Part shown: one piece after another, positions 1 to 9,724 of the stretch | Layout: each line of letters begins with the position of its first letter | Position numbering within the stretch: the stretch's first letter is position 1 | Position numbers and translations under genes: made by a program | Notes under the pieces: generated by a model | The model's input: the letters and a program-made list of their open reading frames with translations, nothing else | What the model was told of the DNA's origin: nothing | Databases searched by the model: none | DNA from: an uncultured delta proteobacterium | Lineage (GTDB): Bacteria > Desulfobacterota > Desulfobacteria > Desulfobacterales > QNYZ01 | Assembly (NCBI GenBank): GCA_963845145.1 | Contig: CAWJQU010000005.1 | Span: 768,001 to 832,000, forward strand | Direction: 5' to 3' | DNA: 64,000 nt

Positions 1-1042
1 TGGCTTCCGGCTCAACGCCTTGCACCTTTTTTTCATATTTTGCCGCATAATGCCGGATAAAATGATGGACAAGTAAATAAATATCTTCTTTCCGTTCTCG
101 AAGGGGCGGGAGTTTGATGTTGATCACATCGATCCGATAGAGCAGATCGCGCAGGAACTTACCGTTTTGAATCTCTTCGGTTAGATCGAGGTTTGTGGCC
201 GCAATGATCCGCACGTCAACCCGTCGCGACGTGGTACCCCCCACCGGCTCAAATGTCATTTCCTGTAAAAACCGCAACAACTTGGATTGCATACGCAGGC
301 TCATCTGGCCGATCTCGTCTAAAAACAAGGTACTTCGGTTGGCCATTTCCAGCCGGCCTTTGCGGTCGGCCGCAGCGCCTGTAAATGCGCCTTTGAGGTA
401 GCCAAACAGCTCGGCTTCGAGCAGATTTTCGGAAAGTGCGGCAGAATTGATGCAGATCATCTCTTTATTTCGCCTTCGACTCTCCAGGTGCAGGGCTCGG
501 GCCAGAAGCTCCTTGCCGGTACCGGTTTCACCGCAGATCAAAACCGATGCATCCGTGGGTCCCACGGTACGCACCATCTCGAAAATATCCAACAACTGTC
601 GGGTGCCGCTAATAATACCGTGAAAAGCCTTCTCATTCTGGACCTGCTTTTTGAGAGAGTCCAGCTCCAGGGATGTTTCCCTCTCCTGGATGGCCTTGGC
701 AATAACAAGGGATAACTCTTCGTAGTCCACCGGTTTAATAAGGTAGTGCGTGACACCTTCTCTTAACGCCTGAACCGCCGATTTAACCGTACCGTAAGCC
801 GACATGATGATGAATGGGGGCGCTTTACGTTGGGCATTCATCTCCTTGAACAAGGTCAGCCCATCCATTTTGGGCATTTTGAAATCAGACAGGACCGCAT
901 CAATTTGGAGACTGTTCGCGTAAATATCCAAAGCGTCTCGTGCGCTGGTAGCCTGAATCACATTGTACCCTTCGTCCGTGAGTATGGCGGCCAGCACTTT
1001 CAGGCTGTTTTTGCGGTCATCAACGGCCAGTATGGTTTTCAT
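1..1042 (-). CDS. NtrC-family sigma-54-dependent response regulator (runs off the left edge, 3' part missing)
   Basis: Manual translation from ATG 1042: MKTILAVDD (receiver domain), GETGTGKEL (Walker A), LFGYLKGAFTGA, LFLDEIG; overlaps the kinase stop. Confidence 0.93.
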   Translation of the reverse strand, partial: MKTILAVDDRKNSLKVLAAILTDEGYNVIQATSARDALDIYANSLQIDAVLSDFKMPKMDGLTLFKEMNAQRKAPPFIIMSAYGTVKSAVQALREGVTHYLIKPVDYEELSLVIAKAIQERETSLELDSLKKQVQNEKAFHGIISGTRQLLDIFEMVRTVGPTDASVLICGETGTGKELLARALHLESRRRNKEMICINSAALSENLLEAELFGYLKGAFTGAAADRKGRLEMANRSTLFLDEIGQMSLRMQSKLLRFLQEMTFEPVGGTTSRRVDVRIIAATNLDLTEEIQNGKFLRDLLYRIDVINIKLPPLRERKEDIYLLVHHFIRHYAAKYEKKVQGVEPEA

Positions 1043-2924
1043 CAGCGGTGTCTTTCTTTTTTTCAAAAAGTTCGTATCGTTCCGGCAATTCAATCGTCAC
1101 GGATGTACCCAGCCCTTCCTGGCTGGAAATTCGAATGTGGCCGCCATGATTTTCCACGATGCCGAGACTAAGCGGCAGTCCCAAACCTGTTCCGGCATCT
1201 TTGGTACTGAAAAATGGATCGAAGATGTTCTTCATCTGATCGGGGAGAATACCGATCCCGTTGTCTTCAAAGGTGAATCTCACCATTCGAATATTTATCT
1301 CCCCCTCCTGCTCACTTAACACGCGGGAAGAAAACGTAATATCCCCGCCGTCGGGCATGGCGTCCATGGCGTTGATCAGCACATTCACCACCACCTGTTC
1401 AATCTGGTAGGGATCGATCTGCAAGACCGGGACATCCTGGCGCAACCGATTGTGAAATCGGATGCCTTCCGTTTTGGCCTTTTCTACGAAAAGCTGCTGG
1501 GTTGAGACGATCAACGCGTTGACATCCGTGGGAACCGGTTTGGGTTTCATTTGCCTGGCAAAATGGAGAAACTCCGAGACGAACTGATTCAGGCGATCAA
1601 TCTCTTCCGACACCAGTTGGGTATATTCCTCAACGAGCAAATCACCGGACCGTCGCCTTTGCAAATGGACGATGGCGCCTTTCATCGCGTTTAGCGGGTT
1701 TCGGATCTCATGGGCAACACCGGCCGATAACCGACCCAGGGAAATCAGTTTTTCCGAACGGACCAGTTCCTCCTGTATCTGTGTCAGATTTTTCACCATC
1801 CGGTTGAAGGATCGCGTGAGATCCCCCAATTCATCCCGCGACTGGATCGGAATTTCATGGCCGGGGTCACCGCCGGCAATGCGATCCGTGGCCCGAACCA
1901 GATAATGGACCGGCTTTAACAAAAAATAGGTCAAAACCGTTACCCCGGCAATAGCAAAAACAAGGGTGATAACCACCGCCTTGATCACCCGGGAACGAAT
2001 GGCTATTGCTTCTCTTCGGTATTCATCCGTGGGAATAGTGACCGCCAGGGCCCATTCCATGCTCGGAATGGGGGCAAATGCAGCCACCTTTTCCTGATTT
2101 TCAAAGTGATAGGGTTTCCAACCGCTGGCACCGGTCATCATTTCCACGACCAGCTCTTTTAAGCTCACGTCTGTAAAGTTGCCTAAGTGCATCATAAAGG
2201 GTTCAAAGCGGGGATGGGCGATGACGCTTCCCTCATCGTCTACAAGAAAAGCGTATCCGCTTTTACCGATACGAAGATCCTTCACCATCCCAATGATCTT
2301 GTCGTAATCCAGGTCGATCACCACGACCCCGGCAAACTCGCGCAGACCACTCAAGATCGACTTGGCCCAGTGGATCACCCTCCCGTTGTCGGAACCGGCC
2401 TGTATGATTTTGGACACATGGATGCCCTGTTGGCCTGTTTTACGAATGCTTTGGAAAACAATACCCTGGCCCTGGTCCACCAAGTGCGCAACGACGCCGT
2501 CGCGATTCACTTTGATTAACTCGCGACCGGAATGATCCAGGTACCGGATCTGGGCATAATAGGTCGTCCGGCCGATAAAATCATTAAACAGTCGAATGAT
2601 ATTGTCACGATTGAATTCCGCTTCCGCATTCAGCCGGAAAGCACGCGCGTTGTGATAGTCCTCCAGCACCGGCAGGCTCGCAATGGTTTCCAGATCCAGG
2701 CGACAATAATAGAAAATATCGTTGAGCCCCCGAGCGGTCGCCCTGACCTTGATCATCTGTTCATCGCGCACCAGACGGTTGACCTGGTCCACGGATGCCT
2801 GAAAAGAAAAATATCCCACAATGGCAATGGGTAGGCAGACCAGTGGTAAAATCAGCACCAGTAACTTGAGGGTAATGGAAAACCTGATTTTCATGCTATC
2901 CATTATGGAAGCAACGGCTGCCAT
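1020..2924 (-). CDS. Sensor histidine kinase (2 TM, Cache-like periplasmic domain, HAMP, HisKA, HATPase)
   Basis: H-box AHEIRNPL, N-box NVLINAMDAM, DNGIG, PFFSTK, GTGLGL; HAMP SRDELGDLTRSFNRM; start placed at ATG 2924 after GGAG. Confidence 0.93.
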   Translation of the reverse strand: MAAVASIMDSMKIRFSITLKLLVLILPLVCLPIAIVGYFSFQASVDQVNRLVRDEQMIKVRATARGLNDIFYYCRLDLETIASLPVLEDYHNARAFRLNAEAEFNRDNIIRLFNDFIGRTTYYAQIRYLDHSGRELIKVNRDGVVAHLVDQGQGIVFQSIRKTGQQGIHVSKIIQAGSDNGRVIHWAKSILSGLREFAGVVVIDLDYDKIIGMVKDLRIGKSGYAFLVDDEGSVIAHPRFEPFMMHLGNFTDVSLKELVVEMMTGASGWKPYHFENQEKVAAFAPIPSMEWALAVTIPTDEYRREAIAIRSRVIKAVVITLVFAIAGVTVLTYFLLKPVHYLVRATDRIAGGDPGHEIPIQSRDELGDLTRSFNRMVKNLTQIQEELVRSEKLISLGRLSAGVAHEIRNPLNAMKGAIVHLQRRRSGDLLVEEYTQLVSEEIDRLNQFVSEFLHFARQMKPKPVPTDVNALIVSTQQLFVEKAKTEGIRFHNRLRQDVPVLQIDPYQIEQVVVNVLINAMDAMPDGGDITFSSRVLSEQEGEINIRMVRFTFEDNGIGILPDQMKNIFDPFFSTKDAGTGLGLPLSLGIVENHGGHIRISSQEGLGTSVTIELPERYELFEKKKDTADENHTGR

Positions 2925-2962
2925 GTCAACTCCAAAAATCCTGTTTCTTTTATTCCTCAACC

Positions 2963-3125
2963 TTAATGAAATCGTAAAAAGACATCAAAAGGGATGGCAA
3001 AGTAACCGCAAAGGCGCAAGTTCAAGGCGTCGCGAATCCCGTGTGATGAGGCGTACTTATCGTACGCCGCAATCACGACGGGATGAAGCGCAACGCAGTA
3101 ATTGGGCTTTTTACGAAGCCATCAA
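2963..3125. mobile_element. Non-autonomous REP/MITE-like element (~163 bp)
   Basis: Imperfect terminal inverted repeats TTAATGAAATCGTAAAAAG / CTTTTTACGAAGCCATCAA; long internal hairpin (ATCCCGTGTGATGAGGCGTAC ... GTACGCCGCAATCACGACGGGAT); TCAACCTT at both ends (2957-2964, 3122-3129). Confidence 0.7.
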
Positions 3126-3193
3126 CCTTGCGATACGATCCCGAGGCTGATAACCCGAGGGTGAGAATTAGTTGCCAAATGAAGAGGATCGTT

Positions 3194-4525
3194 ATGGAAA
3201 ACCTGCCGATTGCTTGCGGAATGAATAAGCCACTTGCCCGCACGAAAAAAGGCCTCACTGCAAAGAATGGCTTTTATTTTTGGGTTCTGACGTTTTGCGC
3301 GTGGGTTGGTTTTCTGCTTGTTTCCGCCAATGCGACAGCCAGAGAGGAGATCGTTCTGGGAGCGGCTACGTCCCTTGGTTTTTTGGAGGGTCGTGAAAGC
3401 TTGAACGCCGTCACGCTCGCCGTGCATGAGATCAACGCCCGTGGAGGCGTTCGGGTTGGGTCAAAAAACCTACCGCTCCGGGTGGAATCTGTCGATCTTC
3501 AGGGAGCCCTGCCTGGCGTGCCCGTGTCAAAGGCCGTTGCCGCACTTGAAATGCTAATTGTGGATAAAAAAGTAGATGCTCTGGTGATCGGCCCTTTTCG
3601 TTCCGAGGTACTTTTAGGTGCCATGGATATTATTGCAGCGCACAAGGTTCCGCTACTGGGATCGATTGCCATGTCCACCGCATCAGATGCCAAAATATTG
3701 AAGGACCCACGGTATAAATATATTTTCAGGGTGTGCCTTAATACCAAATATCTGGTGGATTATCTGATAAACACCATGAAGTTTTTACGCCGGCAGCATG
3801 GATTCAACCGGGTCTACATTCTAAGCCAGGATGTGGCCTGGACCCGAACCACCGCTTCTTTGATGACCCGGCTCTATTTTGACCGGACCGACTGGCAGAT
3901 CCTGGGCGTCGACCACTACCCTTCGGGAGCATCCGATTTTTCAGAGACTCTATCCCGAGCCGAAGCCGATGGTGCCCAGGTCATTCTGCCACTGTTCGAT
4001 ATGCCCTCCAGTGCCGATCTGGTCAAGCAGTGGCATGCAATGGGCGGGCAGGCACTGCTGTGCGGGTTTATCTCTCCCATGGTGGGGCCCGGAGCCTGGG
4101 AGGCGTTTGACGGTAAAATTGCCGGTGCCTTAAATGTCATTTTTGAACTGGGCAACATCCCTTCGGCCCGGTGGGAACCGGCGATTGCCTTCAACCAAGC
4201 TTACGAAAAGACATATTCCAGAAAAATTGAGTCCGGCCACGGCCCTGCCCCGGCTTATGAATCCGTGTTTATTCTTGCTAAAGCCATCGAACGGGCTGGA
4301 TCGCTAAATCCCGATGACATCGTGGCCGCATTAGAAAAAACCGATCGGATCGGCGTGATGGGCCGCATTCGTTTTCACCGGGGGCACCAGGCCTTTTTCG
4401 GGGACGATCCGGGCACCGATGCATTGGCCGCTATTTTCCAGTGGCAAAAAGACGGCAGCAGGAGAATCGTGTTCCCCCTTTCAATCGCCGATGGGGAGAT
4501 TGAGCTACCGATACCCGATCGGTGA
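3194..4525 (+). CDS. LIV-family (PBP1) ABC substrate-binding protein, paralog 1
   Basis: Signal-like hydrophobic stretch, AVHEINARGG, collinear similarity with 4922-6202; GAGGA before ATG 3194 (start uncertain). Confidence 0.85.
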   Translation: MENLPIACGMNKPLARTKKGLTAKNGFYFWVLTFCAWVGFLLVSANATAREEIVLGAATSLGFLEGRESLNAVTLAVHEINARGGVRVGSKNLPLRVESVDLQGALPGVPVSKAVAALEMLIVDKKVDALVIGPFRSEVLLGAMDIIAAHKVPLLGSIAMSTASDAKILKDPRYKYIFRVCLNTKYLVDYLINTMKFLRRQHGFNRVYILSQDVAWTRTTASLMTRLYFDRTDWQILGVDHYPSGASDFSETLSRAEADGAQVILPLFDMPSSADLVKQWHAMGGQALLCGFISPMVGPGAWEAFDGKIAGALNVIFELGNIPSARWEPAIAFNQAYEKTYSRKIESGHGPAPAYESVFILAKAIERAGSLNPDDIVAALEKTDRIGVMGRIRFHRGHQAFFGDDPGTDALAAIFQWQKDGSRRIVFPLSIADGEIELPIPDR

Positions 4526-4774
4526 ACGCTCTTTTCATTATGGATATTTGTACGCTTTCACTGATAGAGATCTTCACATTTTTAAAACGTGCCACCTTTC
4601 TACACACTTCGTATAACTTACTGTATATATAATATATTTTATTGTTAATTCTCCAGTATTATGGAAACAGTCTGCAAAAATGTTACGAAAAGAAACATTC
4701 CTCGTTGCGCTTTCAATTAACAAAAGAAACTATTAATTTTTTAATTTCAATGGGTTATGCGACTATCATTTCGA

Positions 4775-4790
4775 CGGCATGTTATTTGCT
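4775..4790 (+). promoter_or_regulatory. Sigma-54 (-24/-12) promoter of the ABC/CoA-ligase operon
   Basis: CGGCATGTTATTTGCT = GG-N10-GC, preceded by an AT-rich tract; NtrC-type activator nearby. Confidence 0.75.
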
Positions 4791-4921
4791 CATCTATATC
4801 TGAATCCGACCCATTTTCTGTTCGCTCGTAATATTATAGGGTGACGCTTCGCGATCCAATCGGTCGGGGTTTGTTAACCGACAGCGACCCTTTCGCTGGC
4901 AATCTAAAAAGGAGGAGAAAC

Positions 4922-6202
4922 ATGACGAAAAAACTGTGGGTGCTGGGTTTAATTGTGGCTATGGCCTGCATGGGGTTCCTTCCGGCTCAAAACGCGAATG
5001 CCGCCGAACCGGTGGTTATCGGCGTTCCTACGTCAACCGGGTTTTTGGAAGGTAAAGAAGCCTTAAACGCCGTCAACTTGGCGGTCGAAGAGATTAACGC
5101 TAAAGGCGGTGTGAAAGTGGGCACGGAGAAGAGACCGCTTAAAGTAGAATCCATCGACATTCGTGATGCGGCCCCCGGCGTGCCGGTTCCCGAGGCATTG
5201 TTAGGGCTGGAGAAGATCATCCTGGAAAAAAAACCAGCCGCCCTGGTGGTGGGGCCGTTTCGTTCTGAAGCCCTGATGGCGGGCATGGATATCATCGCTA
5301 AGTACAAGGTGCCGTTACTGGGCACCCTGGCCATGTCGCCGGCTTCGGAAGCCAAGGTCAAGAAAGAACCTGAAAAGTATAAATATATCTTCCGGACCTG
5401 TCTCAATGCTGTCCACCTGGTCAAGTACTTGGCCGGCACCATGTCCTATATAAATAAGGAATTCGGCTTCAACAAGGTCTATATCATGAACCAGGATGTG
5501 GCCTGGGCGCGAAAGACGGCTGAAATTACCACGAAAATATACTTTGAAAAAGCGGGCTGGGAAGTGGTTGGACACGAGGCGTACCCGACGGGAACGTCTG
5601 ATTTCTCCTCGGCACTGATGAAAGTGCGCGCCAAAGGCGCCCAGGTAATTTTACCGATATTCGACATGCCCCAGAGTGGTACCCTGGTCAAGCAGTGGAA
5701 ATCCATGAAAGTTCCCGCCCTGTTGGCCGGATTTATATCACCTTTGGCCGGCCCCGGCGCCTGGAAAACGTTTGACCAGAAGATCAGCGGCGCCATCAAT
5801 TGTAATTTTGAAATGGGAAGTGCCATTTCATCGGCCAAGGTACCTGAATCCCAGGTTTTCAACCAGGCCTACGAGAAAAAATACGGGGTTCCCATCGAAG
5901 CCGGTCATGCGATCAGTCCCTCTTATGAGTCGGTTTATCTGTTGGCCGAAGCCATTGAGCGAGCCGGTAGCGTGGATGCAGACGCCATTGTGGCCGAATT
6001 GAAAAAAACCGATCGGGTCGGTGTCATGGGCCGCATTAAATTCGATGAGGGAAACCAGGTCATCTATGACATGGATCCGAAAACCGCCGCAGTGGCAGCC
6101 GTCACCCAATGGAAAGATGACGGATCGCGGTCCATTGTTTTCCCCACCTCCGTGGCAGATGGCAAAATCGAACTTCCTGCCGGCCTGGAGCCGGTCAAAT
6201 AG
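4922..6202 (+). CDS. LIV-family ABC substrate-binding protein, paralog 2
   Basis: AGGAGG RBS, signal peptide MTKKLWVLG...ANA, AVEEINAKGG. Confidence 0.92.
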   Translation: MTKKLWVLGLIVAMACMGFLPAQNANAAEPVVIGVPTSTGFLEGKEALNAVNLAVEEINAKGGVKVGTEKRPLKVESIDIRDAAPGVPVPEALLGLEKIILEKKPAALVVGPFRSEALMAGMDIIAKYKVPLLGTLAMSPASEAKVKKEPEKYKYIFRTCLNAVHLVKYLAGTMSYINKEFGFNKVYIMNQDVAWARKTAEITTKIYFEKAGWEVVGHEAYPTGTSDFSSALMKVRAKGAQVILPIFDMPQSGTLVKQWKSMKVPALLAGFISPLAGPGAWKTFDQKISGAINCNFEMGSAISSAKVPESQVFNQAYEKKYGVPIEAGHAISPSYESVYLLAEAIERAGSVDADAIVAELKKTDRVGVMGRIKFDEGNQVIYDMDPKTAAVAAVTQWKDDGSRSIVFPTSVADGKIELPAGLEPVK

Positions 6203-6232
6203 TTACGCGTATATCGCCATATCGTTGCCCAT

Positions 6233-6304
6233 ATCGTTGATTGGTACGCCGGTTGACAACCGGGAAACGAACAAGAAGAACCCAACGGCCGGCCAATCAA
6301 CGAT
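6233..6304 (+). terminator. Intergenic stem-loop after the binding-protein gene
   Basis: ATCGTTGATTGG (6233-6244) / CCAATCAACGAT (6293-6304) perfect 12-bp inverted repeat, followed by a T tract. Confidence 0.55.
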
Positions 6305-6337
6305 GTTAATTTTTTTTAAACCGGAGATAACCGATCC

Positions 6338-7210
6338 ATGTTAACCGGCACGACCATTTATGCCCTGATTAATACGGCCATATTGGCACTGATGGCCCTT
6401 GGCTTTAATCTGACCTTCGGGATTAGCGGCGTGGCCAATTTCGCCTACGGCGCTTTTTATGTTCTGGCGGCCTACGGCATCTGGGGAATTATTAACCTGC
6501 TGCATTTACCCTACCTGGTCGCTATCATTATCGCCGTTGTGGCCAACATGATTTTCGGGGCGATGATCTACCGCTTTGTACTGCTTCGGGTGAGGGGACA
6601 AGCCCTTTCCGAGGTGATCGCAACCTTTGGTATCGGGTTGGCCATCCTGGAATTGTTCAGCTATTTCGGTTGGGTGGGTTTCGAATACACCCTGCCGGTG
6701 TTTGTGGATCGCAGTTTTATTATTGCCGGAACCTATGTCGATTTTCAGCGCCTCGCCATCCTGGGATTCAGTGTGATTCTGGTTTTCGGCTTATGGTGGT
6801 TCACCCATCACACCGCCACGGGTTTGGCCTTCAGGGGTATTGCCCAGGATGAACGTACCGCACTGACCTTTGGGATCGATTCCGACTGGATTGCCACCTT
6901 AAGCGTCTCGTTCGGTGCCGGCTTGGCGGCCGTGGCCGCCCTGTTTATTATTCCTCTGGGCAGTATCTCGCCTGGCGAAGGCTATGATGTCCTGATCAAA
7001 GCCCTGGCCGTCTGTATCATCGGGGGGCTGGGAAGTACCGGCGGCGTCATTGCTGCGGCCTTTATTGTGGGGTTTGCTGAAAGATTTACCGACACCTACA
7101 TCGGCTCTCACTGGACGATGATCGTCAGCCTGGCGGCCATCCTGATAGTATTAACGATCAAACCTTCCGGGTTGTTCGGAAAACAAAAAGAACTGGAAGA
7201 AAGGATATAA
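6338..7210 (+). CDS. LIV-family ABC permease (LivH-like)
   Basis: Hydrophobic; GFNLTFGISGVANFAYG, IIGGLGS, KPSGLFG. Confidence 0.92.
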   Translation: MLTGTTIYALINTAILALMALGFNLTFGISGVANFAYGAFYVLAAYGIWGIINLLHLPYLVAIIIAVVANMIFGAMIYRFVLLRVRGQALSEVIATFGIGLAILELFSYFGWVGFEYTLPVFVDRSFIIAGTYVDFQRLAILGFSVILVFGLWWFTHHTATGLAFRGIAQDERTALTFGIDSDWIATLSVSFGAGLAAVAALFIIPLGSISPGEGYDVLIKALAVCIIGGLGSTGGVIAAAFIVGFAERFTDTYIGSHWTMIVSLAAILIVLTIKPSGLFGKQKELEERI

Positions 7211-7216
7211 GGGCCG

Positions 7217-8221
7217 GTGAAGAAACGAAAAGAACGGATTGATCGCGGCATCAAGGTGCGGTCTTCAGATATTTTCGCGCTGTTATCCTGGCGTGAGATG
7301 CTTTACCTGGGGGCGCCCCGGCTTTTGCCGATTATTGCTTGTCTGGTGCTCCCCCTGGTGCTGGGTCCCTATTGGCAAAAGGTGCTCTTGTCGGTGGCTG
7401 TGGTTGCCCTGCTGGCAATTAGTTGGGATATACTGGCTCAAACCGGCATGGTCTCTTTGGGGCAGGCCCTGTTTTTTGGCGTGGGGGCCTATTGTTCCGG
7501 GGCGATGAACCACTATTGGGAGTTAAGCCCTTTTATAACCCTTCCCATCGCAACCATCCTGGGCGCGGTGATCTGCACCCTATTACTGCTTCCGGTGCTG
7601 CGACTGCGGGGGATCTATTTTTCCATGGTGACGTTGATTATTCCGCTGATTCTTGTCCGGGTTATTGAAGCTACTAAAATTTTTGGCGGTACCGAGGGAC
7701 TGAGTGGCATGACGCCCCTGCCATCGAAATGGATCGAGCTGTACCTGATCATGGCGCTGTTACTCTGCGTTCTTTTTGGATTTAGAAGAATGATGAATTC
7801 GGACTATGGCTTGGTGCTAAAAGGCATCAACGATAATGACCGCTCGGTTATCAATGCCGGCATCAACATCTATTGGTTCAAAGCCCAGTCACTTTTTATC
7901 GCCGGCGCCATCGGGTCATTCTGCGGGGCTTTTATGACCCATGTGTATATGTTCGTGGGCATGCCGGTGTTTGCCCTGGATTATTCCATTTTGCCCATTG
8001 CCGCAGCCGTCGTTGGGGGGCCGGGAACACTTGCCGGTGCCACCCTGGGCGCTTTTATCCTGGTACCATTGTCCGAGGCGCTGCGGGGGTTCGGCGGGTT
8101 GCGAATTGTTTTTTATGGCGTTTTTCTGGTGGTTTTTATCGTGGCCCTGCCTGAAGGAATTTTTCATTATGTCCAAAGGAAATACCACCAGATCGAACGA
8201 TGGGTGGGGGTGGAGAAATGA
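7217..8221 (+). CDS. LIV-family ABC permease (LivM-like)
   Basis: GMVSLGQALFFGVGAY, LRLRGIYFSMVTL, VVGGPGT. Confidence 0.92.
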   Translation: MKKRKERIDRGIKVRSSDIFALLSWREMLYLGAPRLLPIIACLVLPLVLGPYWQKVLLSVAVVALLAISWDILAQTGMVSLGQALFFGVGAYCSGAMNHYWELSPFITLPIATILGAVICTLLLLPVLRLRGIYFSMVTLIIPLILVRVIEATKIFGGTEGLSGMTPLPSKWIELYLIMALLLCVLFGFRRMMNSDYGLVLKGINDNDRSVINAGINIYWFKAQSLFIAGAIGSFCGAFMTHVYMFVGMPVFALDYSILPIAAAVVGGPGTLAGATLGAFILVPLSEALRGFGGLRIVFYGVFLVVFIVALPEGIFHYVQRKYHQIERWVGVEK

Positions 8222-8988
8222 CCGCTGTACCGATCCTTCAAACCAATGGGTTGAGTAAAAATTTCGGCGGCGTGCGCGCCCTGAACAACGTTAGTTTCGA
8301 CCTGATGCCGGGTGAACTTTTAGGGGTTATCGGACCCAATGGTTCGGGTAAAACCACGTTGGTGAACCTGATCACCCGCTTTGTTAAGCCCTCATCCGGA
8401 ACGGTCGCGTTTAAGGGAAAAAAAATCAGCCACCTGCCACCGTATAAAATCGTCCGGCTGGGTATCGCCCGAACCTTCCAGATGGTCAAACCCTTTTACC
8501 ACCTGCCTGCTTATAAGAATATGATCATTCCCCTCTATTCACCACGCATGAAACAACTGGCCGGTGCCAAGTATGGGGACCGGGATGCCGTGGCGCTGGA
8601 CCTGTTGGAGGAGGTTGGATTTGAGCGGGATGCCTACGTTGCCTATAAAGCCGCCGGTGCCTTGCCCCAGGGTTATTTAAAACGCCTGGAGCTGGCCAAG
8701 GCCATTGCACTGCAACCGGATCTGTTTATTCTGGATGAACTTTTTTCCGGATTGAGCTTGGCCGAAGTGGCCAGTATTGTACCCATCATAGAAAAGCTTC
8801 GCTTGGCGGGTAAAACGATCATCATGATCGAGCACAGGCTCAAAGAGCTCTTTCGCATCGCAGACCGCATCATCGTGATGAACTATGGTGAAAAAATCGC
8901 CGATGGCTCAGCGGCCGAGGTTATGGAAAATGATGCCGTTAAAAACGCCTACTTAGGGGCGGAAGAGGACGACCATGCTGGAAGTTAA
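8218..8988 (+). CDS. LIV-family ABC ATP-binding protein (LivG-like)
   Basis: GPNGSGKTT, GIARTFQ, ILDE; ATGA overlap with upstream gene. Confidence 0.93.
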   Translation: MTAVPILQTNGLSKNFGGVRALNNVSFDLMPGELLGVIGPNGSGKTTLVNLITRFVKPSSGTVAFKGKKISHLPPYKIVRLGIARTFQMVKPFYHLPAYKNMIIPLYSPRMKQLAGAKYGDRDAVALDLLEEVGFERDAYVAYKAAGALPQGYLKRLELAKAIALQPDLFILDELFSGLSLAEVASIVPIIEKLRLAGKTIIMIEHRLKELFRIADRIIVMNYGEKIADGSAAEVMENDAVKNAYLGAEEDDHAGS

Positions 8989-9721
8989 CGACTTAATGGT
9001 TTTTTTTGAAAATGCCCTGGCATTAAACGGCCTGAGCCTAAAAGTGGACGAAGGTGAAATCGTCGGGCTGATCGGCTCCAACAGTGCTGGAAAAACCACA
9101 TTTATAAACACGGTTTCCGGATTGATCATCGACATGCGTATCAAAGAGAAACGCAGAGGTGGAGAGCGCATCAGTGTTTACGGCACGGTCCATTATCAAG
9201 GCGAAGATATTACCGACATGCCCCCCAGTGCGCGCGTATCCAAAGGAATCGTTGTTTCCCGTGAACGACATCCGGTTTTCCCGGAGAGCACTGTGGTGGA
9301 AAACTTCAAAATCGCCGGATACCTGCGTACCAAGGCCGAAACCAGAGAGACCATGGATTTCGTTTTTACGTTATTTCCCCCTCTTTCCAAACTGAAAACC
9401 CGCAAGGCCGGTTTTTTAAGCGGAGGCGAGCAACAAATGTTGGCCATTGGGATGGCCCTGGTGGTCCGACCGAAGCTGCTGCTTCTGGACGAACCCTTGT
9501 TGGGGCTAAGCCCGATGATGCAAAAAGCCGTTATGGATGCCATCGTTTCACTTAATAAGGAATCGGGCATTACCGTATTGTTGAGCGAACAGTTCGCCCG
9601 ACCGGTGTTACCCGTAGTGGACCGGGCCTATGTCGTGGAAAATGGCATGCTCAGCCTTTCCGGTACCGGAGCCGCCCTGATGAATAATCCTGAGATCAAA
9701 GCTGCATATTTTGGTGTATAA
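8975..9721 (+). CDS. LIV-family ABC ATP-binding protein (LivF-like)
   Basis: GSNSAGKTT, LSGGEQQMLAIG, LLLDEP. Confidence 0.93.
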   Translation: MLEVNDLMVFFENALALNGLSLKVDEGEIVGLIGSNSAGKTTFINTVSGLIIDMRIKEKRRGGERISVYGTVHYQGEDITDMPPSARVSKGIVVSRERHPVFPESTVVENFKIAGYLRTKAETRETMDFVFTLFPPLSKLKTRKAGFLSGGEQQMLAIGMALVVRPKLLLLDEPLLGLSPMMQKAVMDAIVSLNKESGITVLLSEQFARPVLPVVDRAYVVENGMLSLSGTGAALMNNPEIKAAYFGV

Positions 9722-9724
9722 CTC

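Noticed and set aside
3073..3258. 61-aa minus-strand ORF and the 3083 start of the binding protein
   Set aside because: Both read into the MITE-like repeat; not credible coding sequence.
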